The notes beneath the pieces are model-generated. The model was not told the DNA's origin and made no database searches. It worked only from the letters and a program-made list of their open reading frames with translations. Source: Waddliaceae bacterium (lineage in GTDB: Bacteria; Chlamydiota; Chlamydiia; Chlamydiales; SLFE01). Taken from it: a stretch of DNA of 64,000 nucleotides. Every line of letters begins with the position of its first letter. Within the stretch, counting starts at the first letter, position 1. The translations under genes were made by a program, and so were the position numbers. The DNA lies in contig CAVYRW010000003.1 of the NCBI GenBank assembly GCA_963771045.1, positions 15 to 64,014 of the forward strand. The letters are read 5' to 3'. Below are positions 40,101 through 49,702 of the stretch, in pieces.

Positions 40101-42106
40101 TCGAAAGGATGACATCAGTACAGCAGTTTGATCAGAATGGGACGATGCTTCACTTTAAAGAATTCGAATATGACCCTCGAGGCAATCCGATCACAATCAG
40201 CGATGATATTTACCAAAATGGGCGCTATCAACGAACGCAAACTATTTCTCATGCCTATGACTCAATGAATCGTCTCCACTCGGAAACCCATGGCTTCGAA
40301 AGAACAACCCGCTACTGCTATCATCCATCCGGCTGTTTAGCGACAAAAACTTTGCCAAGCGGTGGAGTTCTGAAATATAGTTATAACAGCCTGGGTTTTT
40401 TGGAGTCTGTTAATTCCTCGGATGGCTCGATCAACCTTATATACCGCACGAATAAATTAGGCGACATCATCGAAGCATCCGACCTCAATCAAGCTTACTC
40501 CCTATCACGAGAATATGACCCTTTTGGAAATATTTTACGAGAACAGACATCCGACGGCCTCCTCCTAAACAAAAAATACGACGGTTTCAGCCGTCCTCTT
40601 GTGATTGATTTTTCAGAGGGATCTCTAGAATACGAATATGATCCCCTCAACCTTCGAAGTGTTTCAAGATTAAACAACCAAAAAAATCAAATTTATAAAC
40701 ACACCTACAACCGCTATGACAAATCGGGCCGCCTTCTTGAAGAATCGCTCATCGGCAAACTTGGCACGCAGAATTTTCGGTATGGCAAAAATGGGAGGAA
40801 AACAGCCTCATCCTCACCTTATTTAACCCAAACTTGTTTTTACGATGAACTCGGAAACCTCATTGAGTCACAAAAAGATAAGACCACCGACCATTATTCT
40901 TATGATCCCCTTTCTCAGCTCGTTTCCGAAAATGACGCCACATACGCTTATGATTCCCTTTTTAATCGGACTCGAAAAAATGATGAGGTATTAGAATATA
41001 ATCATCTCAATGAGCTCCAGTCCAGAGGAGAACAAAAGTACGAATACGACGAATGCGGCAATCTCATTCATGACGGCAAAAGGACCTACACGTATGATCT
41101 ACTTAATCGTCTGATCGAGGCAAAAGATAATCGGCACAAATTCACATACACCTACGATCCTTTTGATCGAAGAATATCCAAAAAAACGACACTATACAGC
41201 GCAAGCGAAGAGCGCATCCTTAACGAAGAGATCTACTTTTACGACGGACAAAACGAGCTTGGAGCCTACACTCCTGACTATCAGCTCAAACAGTTAAAAG
41301 TACCGGGTATAAGAACCTATAAAGACTCATACCAGCCAATTGCGATCGAGCTGCAAGATAGAATTTTTGTCCCGATTCTTGATTGCCACGGAAACATACA
41401 AAAGCTTGTCGATATTGAATCAAAACAAATTACCCATGAATATAACTATACAGCATTTGGAGAAACCCTCTTTGCAACTGAATCCTTCCACAACCCTTGG
41501 AGACATGCCGGAAAACGTCTTGATCCCGAAACAGGTTTGATTTACTACGGCAAGCGATACTACAACCCCTCAATTGGCCGTTGGTTGACAACAGATCCCG
41601 CAGGAACTCACGATTCCACCAATCTCTACCAATACCTGTTCAACAATCCTTTTCAATACTGCGATCCCGACGGACAGTTTGTCTTTTTGATTGCAATACC
41701 CTTAGGGGAAATTATTTTAGGAACGGCTACAGCAGAAGCGATCATTGGTGCAGTAGTGGGCGCTATAGCAGCTTTTGTCGTTTATGAAGGAACTCATTAC
41801 GTTGAAGATTGTGTGAATGAAAATCTCATTACAGATTATGATCATATACTTTTTTCCAAAAATGATGGGGATTTTCATCCTTTCCCAGGAACGAAACCAC
41901 CAGCTAATTCAAATGAATGTCCTGGTGAAGGCTTTGAAAAACGTGGCGGGTCAAAGGGAAATTGGTATAATCCTAACACCCAAGAAAGTTTGCATCCTGA
42001 TTTAGATCATGATCCATCGATTGATCCTCATTGGGATTACCATGATAGAAATGATCCCGATAATAATGGACGTTGGTTTTTAGATGGCACATTCGAAACA
42101 AAATAG
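37184..42106 (+). CDS. full-length RHS/YD-repeat polymorphic toxin (RHS2), 1640 aa
   Basis: Signal/TM N-terminus, dozens of YD repeats, and core end 'RLDPETGLIYYGKRYYNPSIGRWLTTDP...NLYQYLFNNPFQYCDPDGQ'. A hydrophobic segment follows, then a unique tip of about 110 aa ('NWYNPNTQESLHPDLDHDPSIDPHWDY'). Confidence 0.9.
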   Translation: MRIQVHSPFFKRTHVLRLFFLICCLSWISLFAGDDSEDLTPSSPFEISDLSCGREFLVGGFINPLSGQICIHKTDLIAKGAQDIVVNRTYIPPFLPARCDKNPDRDKAMRYKHLWGNYRGFATLPHLSLKTKSNGRIQVVSQNGSLLDFKKTNSGDYVLDNPSYGISNYAAGKPGGQFDVRNIRVNRSDNMVTIHFPDGSRRIYTKLICHSYCLDKEILPSGKVIKYHYQNGDIRLIESTDPMEKHVYASVEIKGSKELGKQEFLASSGAFAKYSYETRMLQAEWKENGGRFKQELLSKPYLTVAEGTFFDKESFSYTHDLFLSECKSLSHPFKSLIGITKTRDNKYHYRVKNLIFDTSDDASFKGVENIEYTPPLPGRRNGETIVQYQDGAKIVYSYTDQLLPESVKSFQPDGSLKKTKIYVWDENNRLSCVQLFEGADELLYKKCYEYDDFGNPTLETITGKTESYCIRREFSQDGMNLLLKEQEESGKEVVYTYLAGTNLPTSKLTFENDTNFQREYWEYDDCHNLIRKIIDDGSSPGTERRMTTYTLRKEAPYLHMPEWIEEKYLQGEDEKTLRKIHLAYDSYGNVSQEDIYDSDGNFRYSIFKEYDKQGNLLSETNALGQSAYYGYDKTGNLLSETSFSGKFKKGYTYDFRGRRLTETHNGSKGELKTFSYEYDNYDQLIQKTENETNITRYAFDSVVLKPTTIQYPSISGSDVKISRTYDALGREIAITDPEGYTTLTIRNLYGLPLQIIHPDGTQEKFCYSKGGYLIEYLDQEGKKTVYDRDILGRVLKKTLFTPSNEEIGSETFVYNTFHLLQETDLEGYTTSYFYDGAGRKIKEEREGRITEYSYDSLGRLAAIKKNTLLHHTEYDLLDRVIQEAKTDLKGSVLYRVDYEYDEDGNRSAVTKNNQSEYFSYDAFGRIINHRDYEGNSTAFSFDDWHLNALGNHVLRKTAVDPLGKTTVSVYDPFERMTSVQQFDQNGTMLHFKEFEYDPRGNPITISDDIYQNGRYQRTQTISHAYDSMNRLHSETHGFERTTRYCYHPSGCLATKTLPSGGVLKYSYNSLGFLESVNSSDGSINLIYRTNKLGDIIEASDLNQAYSLSREYDPFGNILREQTSDGLLLNKKYDGFSRPLVIDFSEGSLEYEYDPLNLRSVSRLNNQKNQIYKHTYNRYDKSGRLLEESLIGKLGTQNFRYGKNGRKTASSSPYLTQTCFYDELGNLIESQKDKTTDHYSYDPLSQLVSENDATYAYDSLFNRTRKNDEVLEYNHLNELQSRGEQKYEYDECGNLIHDGKRTYTYDLLNRLIEAKDNRHKFTYTYDPFDRRISKKTTLYSASEERILNEEIYFYDGQNELGAYTPDYQLKQLKVPGIRTYKDSYQPIAIELQDRIFVPILDCHGNIQKLVDIESKQITHEYNYTAFGETLFATESFHNPWRHAGKRLDPETGLIYYGKRYYNPSIGRWLTTDPAGTHDSTNLYQYLFNNPFQYCDPDGQFVFLIAIPLGEIILGTATAEAIIGAVVGAIAAFVVYEGTHYVEDCVNENLITDYDHILFSKNDGDFHPFPGTKPPANSNECPGEGFEKRGGSKGNWYNPNTQESLHPDLDHDPSIDPHWDYHDRNDPDNNGRWFLDGTFETK

Positions 42107-42115
42107 AGAATAATT

Positions 42116-42688
42116 ATGAGAAAATTACATAGATATATTCTAGATTTTGAAAGAGCATTTAAATACCTTCAAGTTGAAATAAATGAATCCTTATCTAAAC
42201 ATTCAGGATTTCTCAAAAGCAACTTTTGGAATGAGGGGGTTTTCTACACGGAATTGCCGAAAAATGCTTATATTGATAGAATTTACGACTTTGATTTGAG
42301 TGGAATCCTTCCAGCGGAAGATCTCATTGAAGAAAAACAAATTCTTCCAGATGGTGAAATTTACATACCAAAGTGCATTTTTACAACAAAACAAGAGCTA
42401 AAAAAATTTATTCATGAATTTTTAAAAGAAAGCGAACAGCATCGCTGCTTTTTTTGGCGTGATAATAAAAAGAAAATGCTTACCAATGCGTCTACATTAC
42501 AAGATATTTCAAAAAATTTATTTATTATAGAGCCTAGGCAACCGTTTGTTCTCCTTAAAAGTGATCAGACTAAGGATGAAAGCCATGATGATGATTTCTA
42601 TAATTTTGAATACTTTATATTTCCTGCATATAATGGTGAAGCTTGTATTTTTTGGACGAAAAAATCCAATGTTATAGGTAATTGTTAA
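42116..42688 (+). CDS. immunity-like protein 1 (RHS2 locus)
   Basis: Starts 10 nt after the RHS2 stop. Paralogous to the next gene (N-terminal 'R.ILDFE', C-terminal 'AYNGEACIFW'). Confidence 0.55.
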   Translation: MRKLHRYILDFERAFKYLQVEINESLSKHSGFLKSNFWNEGVFYTELPKNAYIDRIYDFDLSGILPAEDLIEEKQILPDGEIYIPKCIFTTKQELKKFIHEFLKESEQHRCFFWRDNKKKMLTNASTLQDISKNLFIIEPRQPFVLLKSDQTKDESHDDDFYNFEYFIFPAYNGEACIFWTKKSNVIGNC

Positions 42689-43365
42689 TGAAAAGAACAA
42701 TTCGACACATACTCGATTTTGAAAAAGTTAAACCATATTTTATTGATCATATATCTAGCGATACATCACTATCTAAACTATTTAAAAAAGAATTGAATTT
42801 TAATAATGGTCAATTTTTCATCGATCTCCCCGAATTTTGTCATTTATCCAGATTATATAATTTTAAATCGGGGGGAATGACACCTAAGGTTGATGTAGGA
42901 GCAGAAAAAGCCGCAAATGTTAAAAGTAAAACTTATACTCCACGATTTTTCCAATCTACTGATTTTGAAACTTCTCAATTTATCCTAAAATATTTAAAAA
43001 TGAATAAAAATAATTTTGTTGTTTTAAACAACATAAATCTTTTACCGAGTGATAAAAATATAAATATTGATAATGTGAAAATGGCATTTGAGAGGCAAGA
43101 GGTATATTATATTCTAAAGGGATCCAATACATTTGAAGAAATATATAAAACCTTTAGAAGTAGTTGTTATTCTTGGCATTCATTTGTTGTGTTTTCTAGT
43201 GGGGAATTGATAGATTCAAATCATTTTATACTGGATAATCAAGATGTGATATCAAATAATATTCATTATATCCTTGCAGGAGCATATGATGGTGAAGGAT
43301 ATATCATTTGGCAGAAGGACATACAAGCTATTCCCTTGTCGCAATCGTCACTTCCCGTGAAATAG
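42688..43365 (+). CDS. immunity-like protein 2 (paralogue); 3' end overlaps a repeat copy
   Basis: TAATG overlap with the upstream gene. 'AGAYDGEGYIIWQKD'. The last ~13 codons lie in the duplicated segment 43327-43392. Confidence 0.5.
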   Translation: MKRTIRHILDFEKVKPYFIDHISSDTSLSKLFKKELNFNNGQFFIDLPEFCHLSRLYNFKSGGMTPKVDVGAEKAANVKSKTYTPRFFQSTDFETSQFILKYLKMNKNNFVVLNNINLLPSDKNINIDNVKMAFERQEVYYILKGSNTFEEIYKTFRSSCYSWHSFVVFSSGELIDSNHFILDNQDVISNNIHYILAGAYDGEGYIIWQKDIQAIPLSQSSLPVK

Positions 43366-43413
43366 TGTGGGAAAATTCTCCTCAAAGGCTTTTCTTTATA
43401 ACATGGTAAATAA

Positions 43414-43454
43414 TTATGCACAATGCACAGCACGGCCCCATATCGGCCCCATAT
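43414..43454. repeat. solo arm of the 14162-14292 palindromic element
   Basis: 'TTATGCACAATGCACAGCACGGCCCCATATCGGCCCCATAT' compared with 14249-14292. Confidence 0.7.
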
Positions 43455-43523
43455 TTGATTGGAATTGGTCAAAAGAAAAACCACGTCAACCTGGTCGACC
43501 ACTTGAACCGGGAGAATAATCAA

Positions 43524-43985
43524 ATGGTTGAGTATGGATATATCAGTTCTCAAAGTCTAAGAGATTCATTAACACCAATTTTAAATTCATTCAGTGAACC
43601 AGTTATGGTTTTGAGATGTATTGACAGTTCATCCTCAGTTAAGGATATTGTAAATATTCTTGAATTTCATAAATTTCCTTTTGAGATTATTAATGGGAAT
43701 ATTTGTCTATTCGAAAAGCAAGTAAAAGAAATAAATTTAGACAAATTATTTTCAGGTTTCGATGAGATTTGGTTATTTCATAAATCCGCTCCTGCATATG
43801 ATCTTAAATCAGTTCCAACAGCTACCAGTGATACTGTTATATTTGATAAGGAATTAAATCAAGATATTTTGAAGATCTTTCAAGAGACTGGATGTACTTT
43901 ATTGTTGGGAGATGGTGCAGGTTTAAATTATCTCTCCACAGACAAAAAAATCACTAAAATTTTAAAAGAATTAAAAAATTCATAA
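43524..43985 (+). CDS. hypothetical protein (third immunity candidate, unrelated family)
   Basis: ATG 43524 with a GGAGA RBS 8 nt upstream. The track ORF start at 43416 lies inside the repeat arm. Confidence 0.4.
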   Translation: MVEYGYISSQSLRDSLTPILNSFSEPVMVLRCIDSSSSVKDIVNILEFHKFPFEIINGNICLFEKQVKEINLDKLFSGFDEIWLFHKSAPAYDLKSVPTATSDTVIFDKELNQDILKIFQETGCTLLLGDGAGLNYLSTDKKITKILKELKNS

Positions 43986-44005
43986 AATTCTTGATAGGGT
44001 ATAAG

Positions 44006-44335
44006 TTTTCGGTCGACTGCGAGGCCCCATCTGACGATCGATTGCTTCTCGGCAATAGCTAAAGCTATTCCCTTGTCGCAATCGTCACTTCCCGTGAAAT
44101 AGTGTGGGAGAATTCTCCTCAAAGGATTTTCTTTAATTCGACTTTATAATTTTTATCGACTCGCTGGCTTCAGAGAGAACACTGATCTTTAAATAATTTA
44201 AAGCTGAGCGCCCTCTCTATTGCCATCAAATCGATAAAAATCATAAAGTCGAGTTTAAAAAATGTCTGGTTTCTGTTACTTTTTTCCTTCAGTGGGGGAA
44301 TTGTCGCATGGAGGATGAGTTACAACGAGTTTAAA
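44006..44335 (+). repeat. duplicated upstream region plus first 8 codons of the GltD-like gene (copy gamma), containing a MITE and cut by the IS91 end
   Basis: Collinear with 23769-24036 and, from about 49596, with the resident gene. Ends 'ATGGAGGATGAGTTACAACGAGTTTA|AGTATAGG'. Confidence 0.8.
44137..44253. mobile_element. 117-bp MITE
   Basis: The TIRs TTCGACTTTATAATTTTTATCGA and the reverse complement CTCGACTTTATGATTTTTATCGA flank the element. A TTTAA duplication lies at 44132-44136 and 44254-44258. The empty site 'CTTTAAAAAATG' is present in the copies at 23890 and 49650. Confidence 0.85.
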
Positions 44336-44765
44336 GTATAGGAAAATCAAGCATGTCTAAGGCCTTATCCCTATCTGTATAGAGAGACAGGTGGGCTTAA
44401 ATTCCTTTATTTTTGAGCGATAATTAGCCTCAAATTGTCAATTTGAGGTTTTCTGAGGTTTTCTTCCAGATTTTTGGCAGAGATATGTCTGATTTGGGTG
44501 CGAATGAGAGCAAAAGGTATCGAGTCCCTTCTGGAGCGATTATCGTATTTGGTTCAAAAAGGCGGGTCGATGTTGTCTGTCCAATTGGGTGGATCTATGA
44601 GTGGAGGATCCGGGCCCCATTCTCTTAAGAGTTCGATTTCCTACTGGGGAAAACCCATCCTCAGTCCATGGCAGAAGTTGGCAGATGTTCATTTCAGGGG
44701 TAGGGTAGGGCGGATCGAACTTCTGGATATCGGCCCTGCAGCCTATTCGTTTTAATATGCGTTTG
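44336..44765 (-). mobile_element. IS91-like 3' tail fragment
   Basis: Homologous to 35206-35640. Hairpin at 44428-44448. A small tandem duplication GAGGTTTTCT lies next to the hairpin. Confidence 0.7.
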
Positions 44766-45743
44766 ATTCTCAATGCCCCAATGACCTCGAGTTGATTTGG
44801 ATATTTTCTCAGCTGTAGCTGAATGTGAGGATATATAATATCTAATTTCTTCGGTCGTCCTCCCATCAAGTGTCCGATAGCTTATCAACATCGAAAGACT
44901 TCTTAAACCCAACCATTCTTCCTTCATCGGCAGCCAATCAACATCACCTGTTACATATATTTCCCGTCGTTCTTGTCTGCCGTGTTTATTATCTTCTGAA
45001 ACAGAAAAATCATGAGGAACGCCTTCAAATTCAATGTCTCTTGCCTGCTTAAAATAATTTTCGAGTTCTTCATATAATTTGTGTTGATTATCCTTTACCA
45101 TCAGAACATAGTCCGCACCTTGATCTATGATTTTTTTTGCAATTTCCTTTTGGCAACCCATAGCATCAATTGAGACTGTCGCACCTTTTAGATCAATGCT
45201 TTCAAGAAGTTTCGGAATTGCTGTTATCTCATTTGAATTTACGTCCGTTTTTATTTGTCCTAGAATAAGGCCTCTATGTGAAGACCAAGCAGAAACCATA
45301 TGCAAAAGAGATTTAGGTGTCTTTTTTTTATTAGAGGCACCTCTTACACGCTTGCCGTCAATCGTAATAAAGTCATCAATTTCATTTTTTGAAATAGAGG
45401 ATGTCCATTTTCGGAAAAGCATTTCAGTTTTTTTTGGATCGAGACGAACAAGAAGCCACCAGAATGTATTATAGGAAGGCACTTCGTCAAAATCAAGCCA
45501 CGTCATCAACCACTTTTTTTTGGAAACAGCATATTGATGGATTGCACTGATACTATTAGCATCTGCTATGACGGCACAAAAAATGATGGCGAGTAGAGTA
45601 AAAAGATTATATTTTAAATTGTCTTTACATCTTGGATCTTGGGTAGAACTGGCAACGCTCTTTAGTCGATCCCTAAATTATTCAATGTCAAGTGATTTAG
45701 ATTCTTCTTCATAAGGTTCATTTTTGATTCCTCTTGCACACAT
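44766..45743 (-). pseudogene. ISAs1-family (H-repeat) transposase remnant
   Basis: 'IDGKRVRGAS', 'SNEITAIPKLLESIDLKGATVSIDAMGCQKEIAKKI', 'RYYISS', 'HWGIEN'. The C-terminus is cut at 'IEN', there is an in-frame TAA near the N-terminus, and there is a frameshift at the T9 run 45513-45521. Confidence 0.8.
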
Positions 45744-45792
45744 ATCTTTCTCCAAAGTTGAGTTAAGATATGAATGACAAATGAAAATTTAA

Positions 45793-46218
45793 TTACTATC
45801 AAGAAATTTTAATCAAAAAGCCCTGGGTACAACACCCCTCCACTTAGCACTAAAAGCTAAATTTAAAGAAGCGGTTTTAGTTCTGACTGAGCTTAATGAC
45901 ATCAATGCTCAAGATTCTGACGAAATAACTCCTTTGCATATTGCTGTGCAAAATGAAGATTACTGGTCGATTACAAAACTTGTTAGAAAGAAAGTTGAAA
46001 TCGATCTGCAAAATAATGAGGGTCGCAGCCCAGCATGGATTGCCTGTTTTGAGACAAAAGATATCAAGACCGCCGCCTTCCTGTTCAAATCAGGAGCGAA
46101 TCCCTATATAAAAGACAAAACCGGCAAGACGCTTGTCGATCTATTGAAACGATCAAACAACTCAAAACACAAGAAATTACTCAAATACATGAAAAAACAC
46201 AGCCTGCTGAAAAGCTGA
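45793..46218 (+). pseudogene. ankyrin-repeat protein, 5'-truncated
   Basis: 'TTPLHLALKAK..AV..L', 'ITPLHIAVQNED', 'GRSPAWIACF..KD...FLFKSGANP'. The frame opens right after the ISAs1 remnant and no start codon precedes the first repeat. Confidence 0.65.
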
Positions 46219-46287
46219 AGAAGATATTGAAAGCTGCCAGATTTTCTGCTATCATACATCTATTTTAATTATGATTAGGGGGTTTTT

Positions 46288-47796
46288 ATGGAGAAATTAG
46301 ATAAGAAGGAAAGCATGCTGCATCCCTTTTCTTCTGTCTACCGGGTCTCCGAAGAGGAATATGAACAAATTTCCTCCTCGAGCAAAGAGGAGCTTGCACA
46401 ACTGGTCGGATTCTTAAGAGGAGAGGTTTCAAAGCTCAAGAGCGGCAAAATAATCGATGATTCAGCTGAGCTTTTGAATGCGATGCTTATTTTGGGGCAC
46501 AAGAGGGAAGAGGCCGCTTTTCCATGGCTTCTAAGTTTAGTCGATGTCTCTTTGGAAGTCCTGGATGACCAGTTAGGTGAATATTTCATTTTTGAGGATT
46601 GGCCCCGCCTATTATCCAGCACAGCTTATGGTAGATGGGATGAAATCAAAGAGTGCATCTGCCGAACAGAATCTGAGGATCATGTCAACGCCCTGTTTGC
46701 GGCGGCAGAACAACTTGTACTCGATGGTCAAATCGAGCGCGATCGGATTATTGAATTTATCAAAAATTACCTTAACGACATTCTCGATTGCCGTAGTGAA
46801 CCTCTCGACAATCTAGATAATTGGGTTTGTACCGCTTCTACTTTATGGCCGGGCGAGTGTTTGGAGGAGATCAGAGAATTATACGGAATGCGATTAATCA
46901 AGGATAATTTAATTGATATAGATTCTGTCCTGGAAGACTATCAAAAAGGCTTTGAGGAATGTTTCATAAAGAAACAGAAAAATTATAAACATGCGCCATT
47001 TGTGGCTGTGTACGATGAGGCATGCCTAAAGGAAGAGGAGGAGCGGCTGTCTCAGTCGATAATTGATATGCGTAAAAAACTGGGCTCCATAGAAAATAGT
47101 GAGGCGCTGTCGTTATCCGATCAAGCCCCGCCTCGCTCAGTAGGAAGGAATGAGCCGTGTCCTTGCGGCAGCGGGAAAAAATTTAAGCGGTGCTGCTCAG
47201 GTTCGATAAAAATGCAACTAGAAGAAAAATATACGATAACCTGGGAGCCTTTTAACGCAGAGCATCGGGATGAACAAGATCAAAAATTTCTTGAAAATAT
47301 TTTGAAAAAGCTGCAGGAAGATCCCGAAGGGTGCCTAAAACCTCTTCTTAAGATGAAAGAAAAATATCCGGAAGACCCTTCTCTTTATAACTATCTCTAT
47401 ATTTGCTATAGGTACATGGGCAAAGTTTGGGAAGCCCGCGAACTGCTTTTAAAAACCGTCAAGCTCTTCCCCGACTATTTGTTCGGTCTTGGGGAATATG
47501 CTGCCTATTTACTCCGCCGGGGAGATTATGAAAAGATTCCCGAGGTATTTAAAGGATGCGCGACTTTGGGGCAGCTCTATCCGGACAGGGATGTTTTCCA
47601 TATAAGCGAATTCAGATGCTTCCACTATGCTATGGGTCTTTATTTCGCAAAAGTTGGAGATATTGATCAGGCAAAGTTCTATCTATCGGCTCTTGAAAAT
47701 GTAGAAAAAAACTGTTTTGAGGCCAAAGATCTCAAGGACGAGATAACTTCTTGTATCAGGCAGCAGACAATCAAAGAACTGATCGAGCTAAATTAG
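46288..47796 (+). CDS. SEC-C motif protein (DUF1186-like N-terminal region, TPR-like C-terminal region)
   Basis: 'RNEPCPCGSGKKFKRCC' is a SEC-C metal-binding motif. Confidence 0.6.
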   Translation: MEKLDKKESMLHPFSSVYRVSEEEYEQISSSSKEELAQLVGFLRGEVSKLKSGKIIDDSAELLNAMLILGHKREEAAFPWLLSLVDVSLEVLDDQLGEYFIFEDWPRLLSSTAYGRWDEIKECICRTESEDHVNALFAAAEQLVLDGQIERDRIIEFIKNYLNDILDCRSEPLDNLDNWVCTASTLWPGECLEEIRELYGMRLIKDNLIDIDSVLEDYQKGFEECFIKKQKNYKHAPFVAVYDEACLKEEEERLSQSIIDMRKKLGSIENSEALSLSDQAPPRSVGRNEPCPCGSGKKFKRCCSGSIKMQLEEKYTITWEPFNAEHRDEQDQKFLENILKKLQEDPEGCLKPLLKMKEKYPEDPSLYNYLYICYRYMGKVWEARELLLKTVKLFPDYLFGLGEYAAYLLRRGDYEKIPEVFKGCATLGQLYPDRDVFHISEFRCFHYAMGLYFAKVGDIDQAKFYLSALENVEKNCFEAKDLKDEITSCIRQQTIKELIELN

Positions 47797-48050
47797 GACG
47801 TGCCGTCAATTAGCTAAAATTTCTTGCAATCTGTTGAGAACATATTGACGTCGATTGAGGAATGGGATTTTTTTAACAATTGAATCGGCTTTCTTTTTAG
47901 AAAATGATGCCGGGATCTCAATCTCGGGTAAATGGCCGAAAAGCTTTTTTCACGATTTTCAAGTGGCATGACATGTTTTTGTTTAATTTGACCCCCCCCC
48001 TTTCTAATACATATTTGACGTAAATTAGGGGGGTATTTTATACTAGAGAT

Positions 48051-49385
48051 ATGAAAAGAACACTTGAAGAAGAGCTTAAGAACTGGAAAGATCGTGAGAA
48101 AAAAATCCCCCTCATCGTGCGCGGGGCACGCCAGATCGGGAAGAGCTATCTTGTCGAAGAATTTGGGAACAAAAATTTTTCAAATGTGGTCGTTGCAAAT
48201 TTTGAAGAAAAATCATATTTATCAGCCTGCTTCGAGACACTCGAAGTCGATACAATTGTTCAACGTATCTCTCAGCTCACAAATGAAAAAATTATTCCAG
48301 GTGAAACGTTAATTTTCTTTGATGAGATTCAAAATTGTCTGCCTGCATTGAAAGCGCTGCGCTATTTCAAAGAAAAGATGCCCGAACTTCATGTTATAGC
48401 AGCTGGTTCTTTTCTAGAATTTGTACTCGAAGATGAAAAGGAAATTTCTTTCCCCGTTGGGCGTGTTCAGTTTCTAAACATGAGACCAATGTCATTTATG
48501 GAATACTTGCAAGCAGTCGGGCAAAAAGGTTTGTGTAAAATGATCACAACCGTTTCTCTAACAAAACCTTTCCCTAATGAGATCCACCAACGTCTTCTTA
48601 ATTTCGTGCGTGATTATTTCATGGTTGGAGGAATGCCTTCAGCTGTTGATTTGTTCGCTATAGAACGCAAATTTACTGAAGTGAGAAAAGCCCATGCATC
48701 GATCCTCGAATCATATCGTTTAGACTTAGGAAAATATGGAAAGAAAAGTCAATACAGAAATCTTGATTTGCTTTTCCGTCGTGCCCCAGCCCTTGCAGGG
48801 ATCCATTTCAAATACAAGAATATTGATCCGGAATCTCCAAATCCCGCAAGGGATTATAAGTATTCCCTTCGCAAACTGGATCTGGCTCGTGTGATTCATC
48901 TAGTGCACAGAACGAAAGCCAAAGGCATCCCCCTGCAGGCCCAAGCCGACGAAAAGAGGTTTAAATTATTTTTCCTAGACATTGGACTTCTTCAACATGC
49001 CTTGGGTATCGATCCTGTAGAGGCGGCAACATCCCCTCTTCTGGAACTTAAAAGCGGCGTTTTAGCCGAGCAGTTTGTCGCACAAGAGTTATTGGCCTAT
49101 CTGGATCCCTACATCGATAAGCACCTCTACTATTGGGATCGCAAAAAGATAGGGGGCGAAGCAGAAATAGACTTTGTTATAAATCTTTCAGGGAAAATTA
49201 TCCCCATAGAGGTTAAAGCTGGAAAAACAGGCACTCTGAAATCTCTAAGGCATTTTTTAGATACACACCCTGTATGCACCGGAGTTAAAATCTCAGAGAG
49301 CAATCTCAGTCACGATAAGCAAGTTTTGTCGATTCCTTTTTACCTCATCAGCCAGATTGAAAGAATTTTAGGAGAGGTTAAATAG
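48051..49385 (+). CDS. AAA+ ATPase (AAA_14/DUF4143 family)
   Basis: Walker A 'GARQIGKS', Walker B 'LIFFDEIQ', and a C-terminal 'GGEAEIDFV...IPIEVKAG' nuclease-like fold. Confidence 0.8.
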   Translation: MKRTLEEELKNWKDREKKIPLIVRGARQIGKSYLVEEFGNKNFSNVVVANFEEKSYLSACFETLEVDTIVQRISQLTNEKIIPGETLIFFDEIQNCLPALKALRYFKEKMPELHVIAAGSFLEFVLEDEKEISFPVGRVQFLNMRPMSFMEYLQAVGQKGLCKMITTVSLTKPFPNEIHQRLLNFVRDYFMVGGMPSAVDLFAIERKFTEVRKAHASILESYRLDLGKYGKKSQYRNLDLLFRRAPALAGIHFKYKNIDPESPNPARDYKYSLRKLDLARVIHLVHRTKAKGIPLQAQADEKRFKLFFLDIGLLQHALGIDPVEAATSPLLELKSGVLAEQFVAQELLAYLDPYIDKHLYYWDRKKIGGEAEIDFVINLSGKIIPIEVKAGKTGTLKSLRHFLDTHPVCTGVKISESNLSHDKQVLSIPFYLISQIERILGEVK

Positions 49386-49702
49386 TAGTCCCTGATTAAA
49401 GTAAGGGTCATAGAGCAATATCGTAGGTGGGAGATTATGCGACAACAATGGAAAAAATCCGAGGATTTTCATTGATGAAGGGACCGGCCTTTTCCAACTT
49501 GTAAGGTGCTGGCCATATTCCTAACATCAGAATCGCACAGTAACATTTATCATGTTATCGTTTCATGTTTAAGTGATTTGAAGATGTCGTTGGTGTTAAA
49601 CCGGCTTCCCGCGGGAAAGTGCGCGAGACTTCTCCTCAAAGGCTTTTCTTTAAAAAATGTCTGGTTTCTGTTACTTTTTTGCTTCAGTGGGGGAATTGTT
49701 GC

